DNA of 64,000 nt from Bdellovibrionota bacterium. Lineage in GTDB: Bacteria; Bdellovibrionota_C; UBA2361; OMII01. The notes beneath the pieces are model-generated. The model made no database searches. It was not told where the DNA came from and was given only the letters and a program-made list of their open reading frames with translations. Made by a program: the position numbers and the translations under genes. Location: the NCBI GenBank assembly GCA_044351885.1, contig JBILEW010000002.1:14033-78032 (forward strand), given 5' to 3'. Shown in pieces: positions 29,385-38,426 of the stretch (position 1 is its first letter; every line of letters begins with the position of its first letter).

Positions 29385-30830
29385 TTGTATGATAGGGAGA
29401 ATTTCGCATGCTATACACAGGAGATGCCTTCCCACGACACAACAAAAGGACCTGGCTCGAGCGATGTGCCAATCCATATTGGTCCAGGAGTGGCAGACCC
29501 GCTCGGCAATGATGCATGGCTCGGGGTGACGCTCTCGGGAGGTTTAGTCCACAATAGCGCCCTCAACATGCTCGATCTGTGTGAGCTCAGTTCGTCACGA
29601 AATTGCGGGGAAGCCCTTAAATTCCTTCGACGCTGCAACGCAGAGCTCATCAAAAGTTATGAGCCGCATCCCATCCCCTTTTCCTCCGATGCGTCTAAAC
29701 CGCTACTTGATATATCGAGACCTCAGCAGCGCGGTGACCTTGTCTACATCCCTCAGATAAGAGGGGGAGTGGCGATCATCGTGAGTGACATAGAGGGAGA
29801 CGCGAATCTCGTACATGAGATTTGCAAAAGGGAGCGAATTATCGAGAGGCTTTCTCAAAACAAGGTCGACGAGCAGGTGTTTTTCATCTCTCTTGGGGAC
29901 GCCATTGACCGACAGGGATACAGGGCGAGCGACGCCTTGGAGTTCCTTCTCAACCTCAAATTCGAATACGGCTTTCGTGACAATATCCATATACTCGCCG
30001 GTAATCATGAGCTCTCTCCAGAGATTCAACTACTCCCGCACCATGGGGGCTTTTTCAGGGAGGTCGTCGACTACAGAAGCTCGTATTCGATTCCAGGAGA
30101 GATCCCTCCGGAGCTTCAGGAGGAGGCTGTCGCATGGTTTGAGACGCTATTCCTCTCGAAGTTACCCTCCACAGCAGCTCCATACCGTGTGGCACTGTGG
30201 CGAGAATTCAACAACTTGTTCTCGTATTCCCCAAAAACGGTCGTCACTGCGAATGGTCTCGTATTGTGCCACGGTGGTCCGAGCGACTCCGGTGCATTCA
30301 GTTTTCTTCGTGAACCGAACGAGTGGCCACGCCCAACCTTCGAGGAGGCTATAACGTGGCTGACCAATATCCCCTTCGACATAGAGCGATACACAGAAGA
30401 GGAGAGAGAGCATTTGGCAGGCATGCATCACGCTACTGTCGAAGACATCACCTGGAGCGACTGGCGTGGTCATGTAATCGAAACAGAACCGAACATGTCC
30501 CGCAGAATCAGTGCGGACGGCGAGCTGCTGCCTCTCGGTATCTACTACGGCCCAGCAGCCTTGGAGCGATATCTGAGCGTTTTAGGCGCTCGTGTTATGA
30601 TTCGAGGCCATCAAAAGATGCCCCCTGATGGCGCCACGAATCACAGCCCCAACGTCTGGAGCGTCGGCGACTCCCTCCTGACTATTAACTCGAACGTCCC
30701 ATCGAGCGCTTGGGTCAAGCGCGACAACGGGGCATGCGGGGGGATTATCGAGAACAAAAGGAGCTACCTGGAGGTAGATCTCGGCAAACCTATCCGTGGC
30801 ATCGAAGACATCAAGATACACGAGCTATAA
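29385..30830 (+). CDS. Calcineurin-like metallophosphoesterase (PPP-like) with a variant first motif
   Basis: SDIEGD (where PPP enzymes have GDxHG), GDAIDRQG (GDxxDRG), LAGNHE (GNHE), and later HGG and RGH. About 130-aa N-terminal and long C-terminal extensions. Start uncertain. Confidence 0.7.
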   Translation: MYDRENFACYTQEMPSHDTTKGPGSSDVPIHIGPGVADPLGNDAWLGVTLSGGLVHNSALNMLDLCELSSSRNCGEALKFLRRCNAELIKSYEPHPIPFSSDASKPLLDISRPQQRGDLVYIPQIRGGVAIIVSDIEGDANLVHEICKRERIIERLSQNKVDEQVFFISLGDAIDRQGYRASDALEFLLNLKFEYGFRDNIHILAGNHELSPEIQLLPHHGGFFREVVDYRSSYSIPGEIPPELQEEAVAWFETLFLSKLPSTAAPYRVALWREFNNLFSYSPKTVVTANGLVLCHGGPSDSGAFSFLREPNEWPRPTFEEAITWLTNIPFDIERYTEEEREHLAGMHHATVEDITWSDWRGHVIETEPNMSRRISADGELLPLGIYYGPAALERYLSVLGARVMIRGHQKMPPDGATNHSPNVWSVGDSLLTINSNVPSSAWVKRDNGACGGIIENKRSYLEVDLGKPIRGIEDIKIHEL

Positions 30831-31755
30831 CGGGCTTGCCCCGACGCTTGTCCTTACTTATCAGAGCAGAGGTAACCAGTACTATCCCAGCCCCAACGAG
30901 CTGTAGACCGGTCAAACTCTCTCCGAAGAAAAGAAATGCCACAGGCGCGGCAACGAGGGGTCCGGTAGCTCGCAGCGCCGAAGAGAGCCAGCCTTCGATA
31001 CCACCGAGAGAGGCATAGAGCAAAACGATAGCAACCATGTAAAAGAGCACGGAGTGAGCTCCCACGTAGAGCCAGCCGATCTGTTGTTCGGGACCGAACT
31101 GCAAGGGGCAGAAGAGCAGCGCAAACGGCAACGAAACAAGCCCTCCGAGAGTTTCCACCACCGCCGCCGTTTGAAAAGGCGTGAGCACCTTCGTCACCTG
31201 CGGTGCAAAGCGATACGACAGCGCGGCGGTAACTACCGCTGAAACGATCAGAAGGTCTCCAAACCACGATATCCCGCCACCAATGCCGGCATCACCCACA
31301 GATAAGAGAAACGCCCCCGCGACGTGAAGGAGAAGTAAGGCCAGGTGATCGCCGGAGGGCCTCTGCTTATCGAGCAGCCAACACCAAAAGATTACAAGGT
31401 AGGGTTCCATCTTGGTGAGGAAAACTGCCTCTACTCCAGTCGTGTATGATAGACCGACCGTAAAGATAAGGTTCGAGAAGAGGGCACGAGATGCGGTAAG
31501 TTGAAGAAGCGGTATGCGCACCTTCCACAGAGCGACCCACGTCGGCAACCTCCGGCTAGCAGCCAAAATGAGGAGCGCAAGCACTCCTCCAAAGAGAACC
31601 CCAACAGCCGCGGCTAAAAGTGGTGGAACAGTCCGTACGCCCTGGACTTTGAAGAGCGTCGCTACGCTCGAAATTACACTCGAGAGCACTGCATACGTAA
31701 TGAACCGGGCTCGCTCAGACGAAGCCGTAATTCCCTCGGTATGCTCTATGGACAT
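30811..31755 (-). CDS. DMT-superfamily (EamA-type) transporter
   Basis: About 10 TM segments in two EamA-like halves. The 3' end overlaps the convergent gene by 20 nt. Confidence 0.8.
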   Translation of the reverse strand: MSIEHTEGITASSERARFITYAVLSSVISSVATLFKVQGVRTVPPLLAAAVGVLFGGVLALLILAASRRLPTWVALWKVRIPLLQLTASRALFSNLIFTVGLSYTTGVEAVFLTKMEPYLVIFWCWLLDKQRPSGDHLALLLLHVAGAFLLSVGDAGIGGGISWFGDLLIVSAVVTAALSYRFAPQVTKVLTPFQTAAVVETLGGLVSLPFALLFCPLQFGPEQQIGWLYVGAHSVLFYMVAIVLLYASLGGIEGWLSSALRATGPLVAAPVAFLFFGESLTGLQLVGAGIVLVTSALISKDKRRGKPVIARVS

Positions 31756-32158
31756 GACCTAACGCTCTCTTACGACGCCTAGAAACCTCGGAATCACGAC
31801 TCGACTAAAATTTTGGAAAACACGATCAATTGTGGGTAAGACGGTATCAAGTGTTGCGTTCTTCTACACCCTCACTAACTCTTGATGCAAGTCGACAAAC
31901 GGCATCTTCCCGGTCACAGCCACTACGTGCGACCAAATTGTGAAAGTCGTCTGCTGACAAGCTCAGGCAATATGAGTGTCGCAGAGGAGGCTGAAACGTG
32001 GCCCTGGATCTCGATCATTACCTTGAGCAGGTTCGTTCCCGTAAGATCTCTTGTACGATGCCGCGCCGCAGAATCGATCGGAGTAATTGAGCCCGATCGG
32101 AACAAGGAAGGACTTTTCCAGGAATCGCGGCGGTCACCATATACCCGGAGGAAGAGGA

Positions 32159-32662
32159 ATGTTGAAGAGAATTCAGATTACGGAGAGGTTAAGTGCGGGC
32201 GCTCAACCTACTGAGCAGGATCTACGTGATCTAGCCGCACAAGGGGTACGAAGTATCGTGAATGTCAGAGTAGAGGCCGAAGACGACCAACCACTGTCCC
32301 CAGCGCGCGAAGGCGACCTGGTGAGAGCGCTAGGTATGGAATACAGACACATACCCGTGAGCAAAGAGAATCTGACACCCGAGCTCGTTGACCACTTTCG
32401 CACCGAACTTACGCGAATCCCTGAGCCGGTATTCGTTCACTGCCATGAGAAAAACCGTGCTGGTGCGCTCACGATGATGCACCAGGCGATCGAATCTGGA
32501 CTATCTGGCGATGAAACGCTCGAACACGCACGCGCGATAGGATTCGAGTGCGACCACCCCCATCTCGAGCAGTTCGTAAGCAACTATGTCGATAGTCGCA
32601 GCCGCACCTATGACTCGCGTGAGGAGTCGTTTAGTAATCCTGAGGCGTTTCCGCGCTCTTAG
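32159..32662 (+). CDS. DUF442-type (TIGR01244-like) phosphatase-fold protein
   Basis: ITERLSAGAQPTEQDLRDLAAQGVRSIVNVR...VFVHCHEKNRAG (P-loop-like HCxxxxR). RBS ggaggaagagg precedes the ATG at 32159. Confidence 0.7.
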   Translation: MLKRIQITERLSAGAQPTEQDLRDLAAQGVRSIVNVRVEAEDDQPLSPAREGDLVRALGMEYRHIPVSKENLTPELVDHFRTELTRIPEPVFVHCHEKNRAGALTMMHQAIESGLSGDETLEHARAIGFECDHPHLEQFVSNYVDSRSRTYDSREESFSNPEAFPRS

Positions 32663-32678
32663 CCACCAACGGCCCCTA

Positions 32679-33260
32679 CTAGCTCGCCAACCGCTGATCT
32701 TCCTCGCAGGACACGTATATTCTCGGCGTAACAGCTTTGCCTGCGCAGAGCTCGTCTTTTAGGAAATCGAGCTCCTCGCGTGATGCACTCCTTCCATTTA
32801 TGTACACCTCAATCGAAGAGGCCGGCAGATACACCGAGTTGAGAGCCAATACCACTGGACCTGGGCGCTTTCGCTCGGGATTCGTTCTTAAGACGAGGCG
32901 TCGAGCATAGCTGATACCCTCGTGGTCACATCCGAAGAGGTCAGTGAGCCACCCTGGCTGCTTGGATATGGCGTAATCCAAGCTTGCAGCAAGCGACCCG
33001 CCCTCTCCCTGGATCATCGCATCTTCGGGGGTTGCAACTGCCTTGACCGCCAAAAGCGAGAGGGCACGCACCGCCGATGTCCACTGAAACGAACCAGCTT
33101 GTCGGTACGCTCCACCAGTTTTTCCTCGAATACTACAACGCTCCTCAGTGGTAGCACTCTCTTTGAAGTTAACCTCAATCAGTTGACCGGCTTCGAAGTA
33201 AAGTTTCAGAGTTCTCATAGGCTTCATCCCTCCGTAGTCACCGTATGCCAGCACCTGCAA
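32679..33260 (-). CDS. Hypothetical protein (193 aa)
   Basis: ORF only. I recognise no motif. Confidence 0.45.
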   Translation of the reverse strand: MQVLAYGDYGGMKPMRTLKLYFEAGQLIEVNFKESATTEERCSIRGKTGGAYRQAGSFQWTSAVRALSLLAVKAVATPEDAMIQGEGGSLAASLDYAISKQPGWLTDLFGCDHEGISYARRLVLRTNPERKRPGPVVLALNSVYLPASSIEVYINGRSASREELDFLKDELCAGKAVTPRIYVSCEEDQRLAS

Positions 33261-33554
33261 CTCGTAAGCTCCATCTGAGCTCTCGTCTGATCGCTAGCTA
33301 CGATCTTGCTATGTGAACGTTTGTACGGGTAAGTGAACGTCCTGCCAAATCGCTATCAATTTCAACGAAGCCGTGGGTAGGATTTCGTTATTTTCGACAT
33401 ATAGAGGGCTGTAACCCCTTCTGAGGGCTAATCGGGGGTCTCTGCGGAAAAGCTCACTGCGAGGTGAGACATCCCTTCTAGCGAACCTAAAAGCGATGCA
33501 ATATCCATTAGTTAGAAACCGCATACTAACTCAGAGGTACGCATTCACTAATTG

Positions 33555-34460
33555 TCAGGCTTCGGACAGAGGATGATAGCTGAGTATTTGGGCCGCTTCC
33601 CACGACTCGTGCGGAGCGATTACAACGGGATTTACGACGGTTCCAGCTTCAACGCACACAAAAGATCGATAGTCATCATCTGCTAAATCCACTATCGCTC
33701 GGCACCGATCGATCCATGGATTCCATACGACAACATCAGAGAGTTCATCCTTGTGCACGCGTATCGAAAAAGCGCGCTTTGCACTGCTGATGCTCACGAG
33801 ATCGGGCGCTTGTTGGTAAATCCGATCAACCTCGTGCGAGAAGCGGAGAGCGCTCTCTTCCTGAATACGCTCTGCGCGATTGTTTGTGCTGTCCAAATAA
33901 TGCAACCCCTGCAAGCCAGAGACCGACGAGGAGGAGATATCGTCTATACGGAAATAGGTGTGATAGGCCATCTGGCATTGCAACGCTTGATCGCCTCTGT
34001 TTGTGCAACGAAAGTGCATACGAAGGGTTTTACCCAGCACTACCGAGAGCTCGAGAGCGAAAGAGTGGGGCCAGAGGGCTCTGCTCGCCTCTGAGTCAGA
34101 GAGTCCTAAGCAGATCGATACCTCACCTTCGCTAGATACTGATGTAGATGTGACATTCCAGTGTGACGTACGGGCGAATCCGTGTGGCGGCAATGTGCCA
34201 TCCCCCTTGGAGAACTGCGGAAAGACAAGCGGCACTCCGCCCCTGATTGCTGAAGCTCCGGTCAGGTCCGCAGCGCTACTGAGAAAGAGAAGCTCCCCGA
34301 ATTCGGGAACGCACCACGACGAGAGATGCGCCCCGAAGAGGTAGAGCTCAGCAGAGCTACCTGCTTTCGACCTCAAAAGCGCTTTGGTTAGTCCTCCCTG
34401 TCCTTGCTCGAAGGAGACGTGACCGGTAATTGCGAATCTCTCGGTGAGGGCGTTGTTCAT
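33555..34460 (-). CDS. D-hexose-6-phosphate mutarotase (aldose 1-epimerase family, YeaD-like)
   Basis: IRGGVPLVFPQF...PPHGFAR, HTYF and VVWNPW motifs. ATG at 34460 (the track ORF extends to a TTG at 34496). Confidence 0.85.
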   Translation of the reverse strand: MNNALTERFAITGHVSFEQGQGGLTKALLRSKAGSSAELYLFGAHLSSWCVPEFGELLFLSSAADLTGASAIRGGVPLVFPQFSKGDGTLPPHGFARTSHWNVTSTSVSSEGEVSICLGLSDSEASRALWPHSFALELSVVLGKTLRMHFRCTNRGDQALQCQMAYHTYFRIDDISSSSVSGLQGLHYLDSTNNRAERIQEESALRFSHEVDRIYQQAPDLVSISSAKRAFSIRVHKDELSDVVVWNPWIDRCRAIVDLADDDYRSFVCVEAGTVVNPVVIAPHESWEAAQILSYHPLSEA

Positions 34461-34542
34461 GATGAACACGCTACGAAAGTGTGGGGACGGATGCAACCTT
34501 GCTTCAGTGCTCTATGCAGGGAAACGCTCAAAGACAAGCTGT

Positions 34543-34618
34543 GTACCGCGGAGCTTCCGCTCCGCTGGCTATCAGCGTCGTGATATCAGCTAAAAGCGGA
34601 CTAGAAAGTCCGCGGTCC
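34543..34618. repeat. REP-like 77-bp palindromic element (reverse orientation relative to 50083)
   Basis: gtaccgcggagcttccgctccgc...gcggactagaaagtccgcggtcc. Confidence 0.8.
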
Positions 34619-34652
34619 TTTTGCTACCTGCCTCCTAAAAGGAGGAAGGGCC

Positions 34653-34997
34653 TCACCCCTGCTTACAATAAACAGCTCCATCCCACGGCGAATAAATGTT
34701 GATATAGAAGCCAGACAAGGATGCTACCAAGCCCTCCAGGAAGGTCTTGCGAGTTGAGATCATGCCGATGTTCTCTGGTGTTTTACATGCGGCACGGGCA
34801 TCAATTCTCTTGGTCCCTGGGGCGAGCCCCCAGAGGAAAAAGCTTTGCCATCCGCCTACTCTCTTAAGCGAGCTCATTGAGTTCTCTTGAAGTGCAACTG
34901 CCTGTGGGGCTTGCTGAGGCCTCATGTTGATGTACTGCGTGCGGTGACATCCGCTCACGACGATTAGGAGTGCGAGTGTGAGGATAGTTCTAATCAT
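34653..34997 (-). CDS. Bor/Iss-family outer-membrane lipoprotein
   Basis: MIRTILTLALLIVVSGC lipobox. FFLWGLAPGTKRIDARAACK...TFLEGLVASLSGFYINIYSPWDGAVYCKQG is collinear with phage lambda Bor. ATG at 34997. Confidence 0.8.
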   Translation of the reverse strand: MIRTILTLALLIVVSGCHRTQYINMRPQQAPQAVALQENSMSSLKRVGGWQSFFLWGLAPGTKRIDARAACKTPENIGMISTRKTFLEGLVASLSGFYINIYSPWDGAVYCKQG

Positions 34998-34999
34998 AA

Positions 35000-35290
35000 C
35001 TAAGCAGCTCCTCCTGAACAGTAGTAACGGGATGTTCTTGGGGTCCAGATACCAAGTGTAATCAACCCGCAAAAGCCATCGAGGAAGGTAGTCTCTTCCA
35101 CGATCGCCGCGGTACCATTCGGGCAATACTGCGCAAGGTCTATCTGACGTGTTGGTACCAGGCCGAAGAGGAAATACGACTTCATGTCCGAGATCGGCGG
35201 CGCCGATGCATCCGGAGAGATATCAAATCGCATCGTGTGACATCCTGCGAGGGCGCCTACGAGAAGAAGAGTTAGTACGATCCGTTTCAT
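35000..35290 (-). CDS. Bor/Iss-family outer-membrane lipoprotein
   Basis: MKRIVLTLLLVGALAGC lipobox. YFLFGLVPTRQIDLAQYCPNG...TTFLDGFCGLITLGIWTPRTSRYYCSGG closely parallels lambda Bor (HHFFVSGIGQ...TFVNGLLGFITLGIYTPLEARVYCSQ). Confidence 0.85.
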   Translation of the reverse strand: MKRIVLTLLLVGALAGCHTMRFDISPDASAPPISDMKSYFLFGLVPTRQIDLAQYCPNGTAAIVEETTFLDGFCGLITLGIWTPRTSRYYCSGGAA

Positions 35291-35498
35291 TAAGTTCTCC
35301 ATTCGAGAGATTCCAGTACCGTTTGATGCTACGACTGATTGGACAAATCCTCTATCCCAAATCTTTTCGACGATTACAGGGAGGCTCGTTTCCGGGGCAG
35401 CCCCGGTGCAGAGGAGGAACGATACGCTCAAAGAGGATCCGAAAGCGGTGCGATATTCCTTCGCTTTCCGTCTTAGCTCTTGTATCTTTCTGAAACTG

Positions 35499-35640
35499 TG
35501 CTTCCGCTCCGCTGGCTATTGGTAACACGATCCAAGCAAAATGCGGACTAGAAAGTCGCCGGTCCGGTTCCCCACTGGACCGCGGAGCTTCCGCTCCGCT
35601 TACTATTTGTACCACTTGGCTTGCTCAAGCATGCTCCACC
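35499..35640. repeat. Two adjacent degenerate REP-like units (same family as 50083-50257)
   Basis: cttccgctccgctggctatt...gcggactagaaagtcgccggtcc, then ggaccgcggagcttccgctccgc...caagcat. The second unit decays toward the end of the next gene. Confidence 0.7.
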
Positions 35641-35645
35641 GGACT

Positions 35646-36743
35646 CTACGGCAACTTCATCCTCGCACGAGCGGTTACAGTGTCGAACCTACCAACGTCT
35701 TCGAAGCCATCTTCCGTCACCCGTCGCAGCGCCAGAGGAAACGACAGGTGCGTAACGCGCAGTTCACTCTGAGTGCGGTCAATCGGGTGTATAGTGGGGC
35801 CGCTTCGCAGGAGAGCTAGTATCTCACCTTTCGATAGGTGAGACGCGTTAGCAAACAACGAATGAAACCAGTTCCCCAGGGTGTAGGAATTGTATGCATA
35901 GGAGATCTGCGAGTCTTTATCGAAGGTGCTTCGATAGCGTGCTCGAAAATCCTCTGGAACATGGAGATTCGGATAAACGGCGCCCTGCATCGCCTTGCCC
36001 GCAGCTTGAATCTCCGCACGACTTTCGAAGACATCTGTACCGAAGGTGTGAATGAGTACCCCCTGTTTAGATAGCTCTCGGTAGAATGCTCCGACCTGCC
36101 CCGACAAGAGGTATACTCCTAGAGCGTCGCATTCTGATGCTCCTTTGAACTTCGTCACCAGTGACCGGAAATCGCGATCTTGTGGTTGTACCGTTGCTAC
36201 AACCCTAACCGATTCAGCGGCCCACATGACAAGCTTGAATTGATCGATGAGTGCAGAGAGAAAGGGATCCTCGGTTGCCACGAAGCATATGTTTTTTAAT
36301 TCGCGAGATCGCAGATCCGCTATCACGGTCTCTGCAAACTGACGAGGTGCGTTGACTGCGATGACGATCGAGTTCTTTCCCTGTGCAGGTTCGGCGTCGA
36401 CTGACATAGCAACGGTGGGGATCCCCGCACGCTCCACCAGCGGAGCGATGGCATGTAGAGGGGTCTCGCCCCACGAGAACAGGAGATCAATGCCCTTTAC
36501 CGTAACGAGCGATCGGTACGCCGAGAGCGACTCCTTGGCGTCATACTTGTTATCTTCGAAGATAAATCGAAGAGGAGAATTCGGCCGCTCTGAGCTGCTC
36601 AGCAGAAAGCCGTTGCGGACGGCCTCGCCATACTCAGCCAGTTCTCCGGTCAGAGGAGCCGAGACTCCTATGGTGAATGGCTCAGCTAGTACAGGGGTGC
36701 TCGCAAGCAGAGAGATAATCAGTAGTTTTAGTTTTGATGACAT
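35646..36743 (-). CDS. ABC-transporter periplasmic substrate-binding protein (LivK/branched-chain amino-acid type)
   Basis: Signal peptide MSSKLKLLIISLLASTPVLA, then FTIGVSAPLTGELAEYGEAVRNGF, typical of the Peripla_BP_6 family. Confidence 0.85.
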   Translation of the reverse strand: MSSKLKLLIISLLASTPVLAEPFTIGVSAPLTGELAEYGEAVRNGFLLSSSERPNSPLRFIFEDNKYDAKESLSAYRSLVTVKGIDLLFSWGETPLHAIAPLVERAGIPTVAMSVDAEPAQGKNSIVIAVNAPRQFAETVIADLRSRELKNICFVATEDPFLSALIDQFKLVMWAAESVRVVATVQPQDRDFRSLVTKFKGASECDALGVYLLSGQVGAFYRELSKQGVLIHTFGTDVFESRAEIQAAGKAMQGAVYPNLHVPEDFRARYRSTFDKDSQISYAYNSYTLGNWFHSLFANASHLSKGEILALLRSGPTIHPIDRTQSELRVTHLSFPLALRRVTEDGFEDVGRFDTVTARARMKLP

Positions 36744-36848
36744 ACGCGCCTCCGTTTCAGACAGTATGTCTGAGTGTCAGAGGTAAAAAATCGTTGTGCC
36801 CAATGAGGGTTATTAAAGCTATGAATATTATGTAGTTGCGTATTATTT

Positions 36849-37628
36849 ATGTGTCATCATACGCTGACACCTATGATTACCGAGCTATCTGAATGTGGCT
36901 TTACGAAGCACGAGGAGAGGGTTCTTTCGTTTTTACTGCACCACGGAGCGGCACCTGCTCGCGCAGTCTCGTTAGCGACCCGGTTGAAGCGCCCAACAGC
37001 ATACCTGACCTTACAGAACTTGGTGGATGCAGGCTTCGTCAGCAAGAAAATGATCGGTGGGGTTACGATTTTCGCGAGCGTGCCGAGGGAGTCCCTACCC
37101 GAGATGATCCGTGCGAGGGCGCGGGCGCGTTTGACAGCTCTCGAAGGAGTAGTCACTCGGCTCGAGGATTCACTGAAAGCCTTGGCTCCGGCTCCAGCGG
37201 TTAACTTAGGCGGATTTAGTGTCGAGTCACTCGAAAGCGAGCGCGGCCTGTACAGAGAGATGTACGAGAGTTTATTGGCTGGGGACTACGTCGGTATATT
37301 CAATCCGCAACATGCAATCACTATCCAGACGAAACCGATCATAACGGACTTTCTCGCGCGAACAGCAAAGTCAAAGCCATCGATACGTGAGATCGCCGTG
37401 GAGGGTCCGATGTGCGATTGGTATCTTCAAAGGATCAAGAATCCGAAGCACTCGGTGAGGGTTCTACCTCGTGACACTCAGTACATTACAGATCTGATTA
37501 TTGTCAAAGATACGTTGGTGTTCCTTGATTACTCACTTCAGTCGTTAGCAGCTATCAAGATTACACACCGCAATCTTTACCTCTCCTTCTCGGCACTTTT
37601 TGAAGAGTTGTGGACTAGATTGAAGTGA
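36849..37628 (+). CDS. TrmB-family transcriptional regulator
   Basis: N-terminal wHTH: GFTKHEERVLSFLLHHGAAPARAVSLATRLKRPTAYLTLQNLVDAGFVSKK. Confidence 0.7.
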   Translation: MCHHTLTPMITELSECGFTKHEERVLSFLLHHGAAPARAVSLATRLKRPTAYLTLQNLVDAGFVSKKMIGGVTIFASVPRESLPEMIRARARARLTALEGVVTRLEDSLKALAPAPAVNLGGFSVESLESERGLYREMYESLLAGDYVGIFNPQHAITIQTKPIITDFLARTAKSKPSIREIAVEGPMCDWYLQRIKNPKHSVRVLPRDTQYITDLIIVKDTLVFLDYSLQSLAAIKITHRNLYLSFSALFEELWTRLK

Positions 37629-37794
37629 GCTTTTTATGGAGACCTACCCCTTTTCAGACACAAGCAAGTGGTTCCAACCCGATCTGTTAAAGTTGTGTAG
37701 ACAGCCAGCCCGAGCGAGCATTTGAGGTAGAACACAACAAGGCAATCGGATCACCTTACGCTAAAGCTCCGGGTGTCCGCTGCTTTAAACATTC

Positions 37795-38336
37795 TCCGCT
37801 TCAGCCAACATCGACCGGCAACCTAAGCTTTTTGTTTAATTAACGCGGAGGCGCGGAAGACGCGGAGGACGCAGCCGGGTATTACGATTATCGGAATCGT
37901 CTCATCAATTCGGCTGCTCTGTTGCACTAGCTCTCTTAGGGAAGCGAGGCAAAACCTACCCGTCGCGAGAAAGGGGAGGTTTGATTGATATTTGATTTTC
38001 GTGGCGGAGAAAAACCGCACCCGACTTCGCCAAGGCTACGTCGAGGCCCGATACCATTAGTGCCTCGCCGAAGCGTCAGCGAAGGCGGGGATGTATCCTC
38101 TGCGATACATTGAGGATTTTTCTTTGTCGCAAAAATCGAAGAGCAATCAAAGATCCGCTTTCGCAGCAGGGAGGGGTTTTGCCTCGCTTCCTTAGGTATC
38201 GCAGCAATCTCCATCCGGCGGTCTCCGCGTTTTCCGCGCCTCCGCGTTACATAACCAGAATATTCGGACACGGAGTAACTTGAGTACTTACCGAACGAGG
38301 CATAGTGAGCATCCTGTGGAGAACGCAGTCGATGAG
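37795..38336. repeat. Repeat family A, copy 1 (about 285-bp unit with 28-bp internal inverted repeats, interrupted by a 250-bp nested element)
   Basis: About 85 percent identical by eye to 48504-48787. IRs are taacgcggaggcgcggaagacgcggagg (37841-37868) and gtctccgcgttttccgcgcctccgcgtta (38221-38249). Confidence 0.85.
37941..38190. mobile_element. MITE-like non-coding insertion with 16-bp terminal inverted repeats and a 6-bp target-site duplication
   Basis: GAAGCGAGGCAAAACC...GGTTTTGCCTCGCTTC flanked by CTTAGG at 37935-37940 and 38191-38196. The uninterrupted paralogous site is at 48637-48655 (ctctcttgagtatag). Confidence 0.75.
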
Positions 38337-38426
38337 CTACCCCTCTGGGCTTGGAGCCCTAGATGCACGAGCTCTAGCTCGGCGACAGAATATTGCTGAA
38401 ACGCTCGCGAACTACTTCACTCAATC

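Noticed and set aside
32020-32050. T-loop-like GGTTCGTTCCC, considered as a tRNA
   Set aside because: No complementary T-stem, acceptor stem or anticodon arm can be drawn around it.
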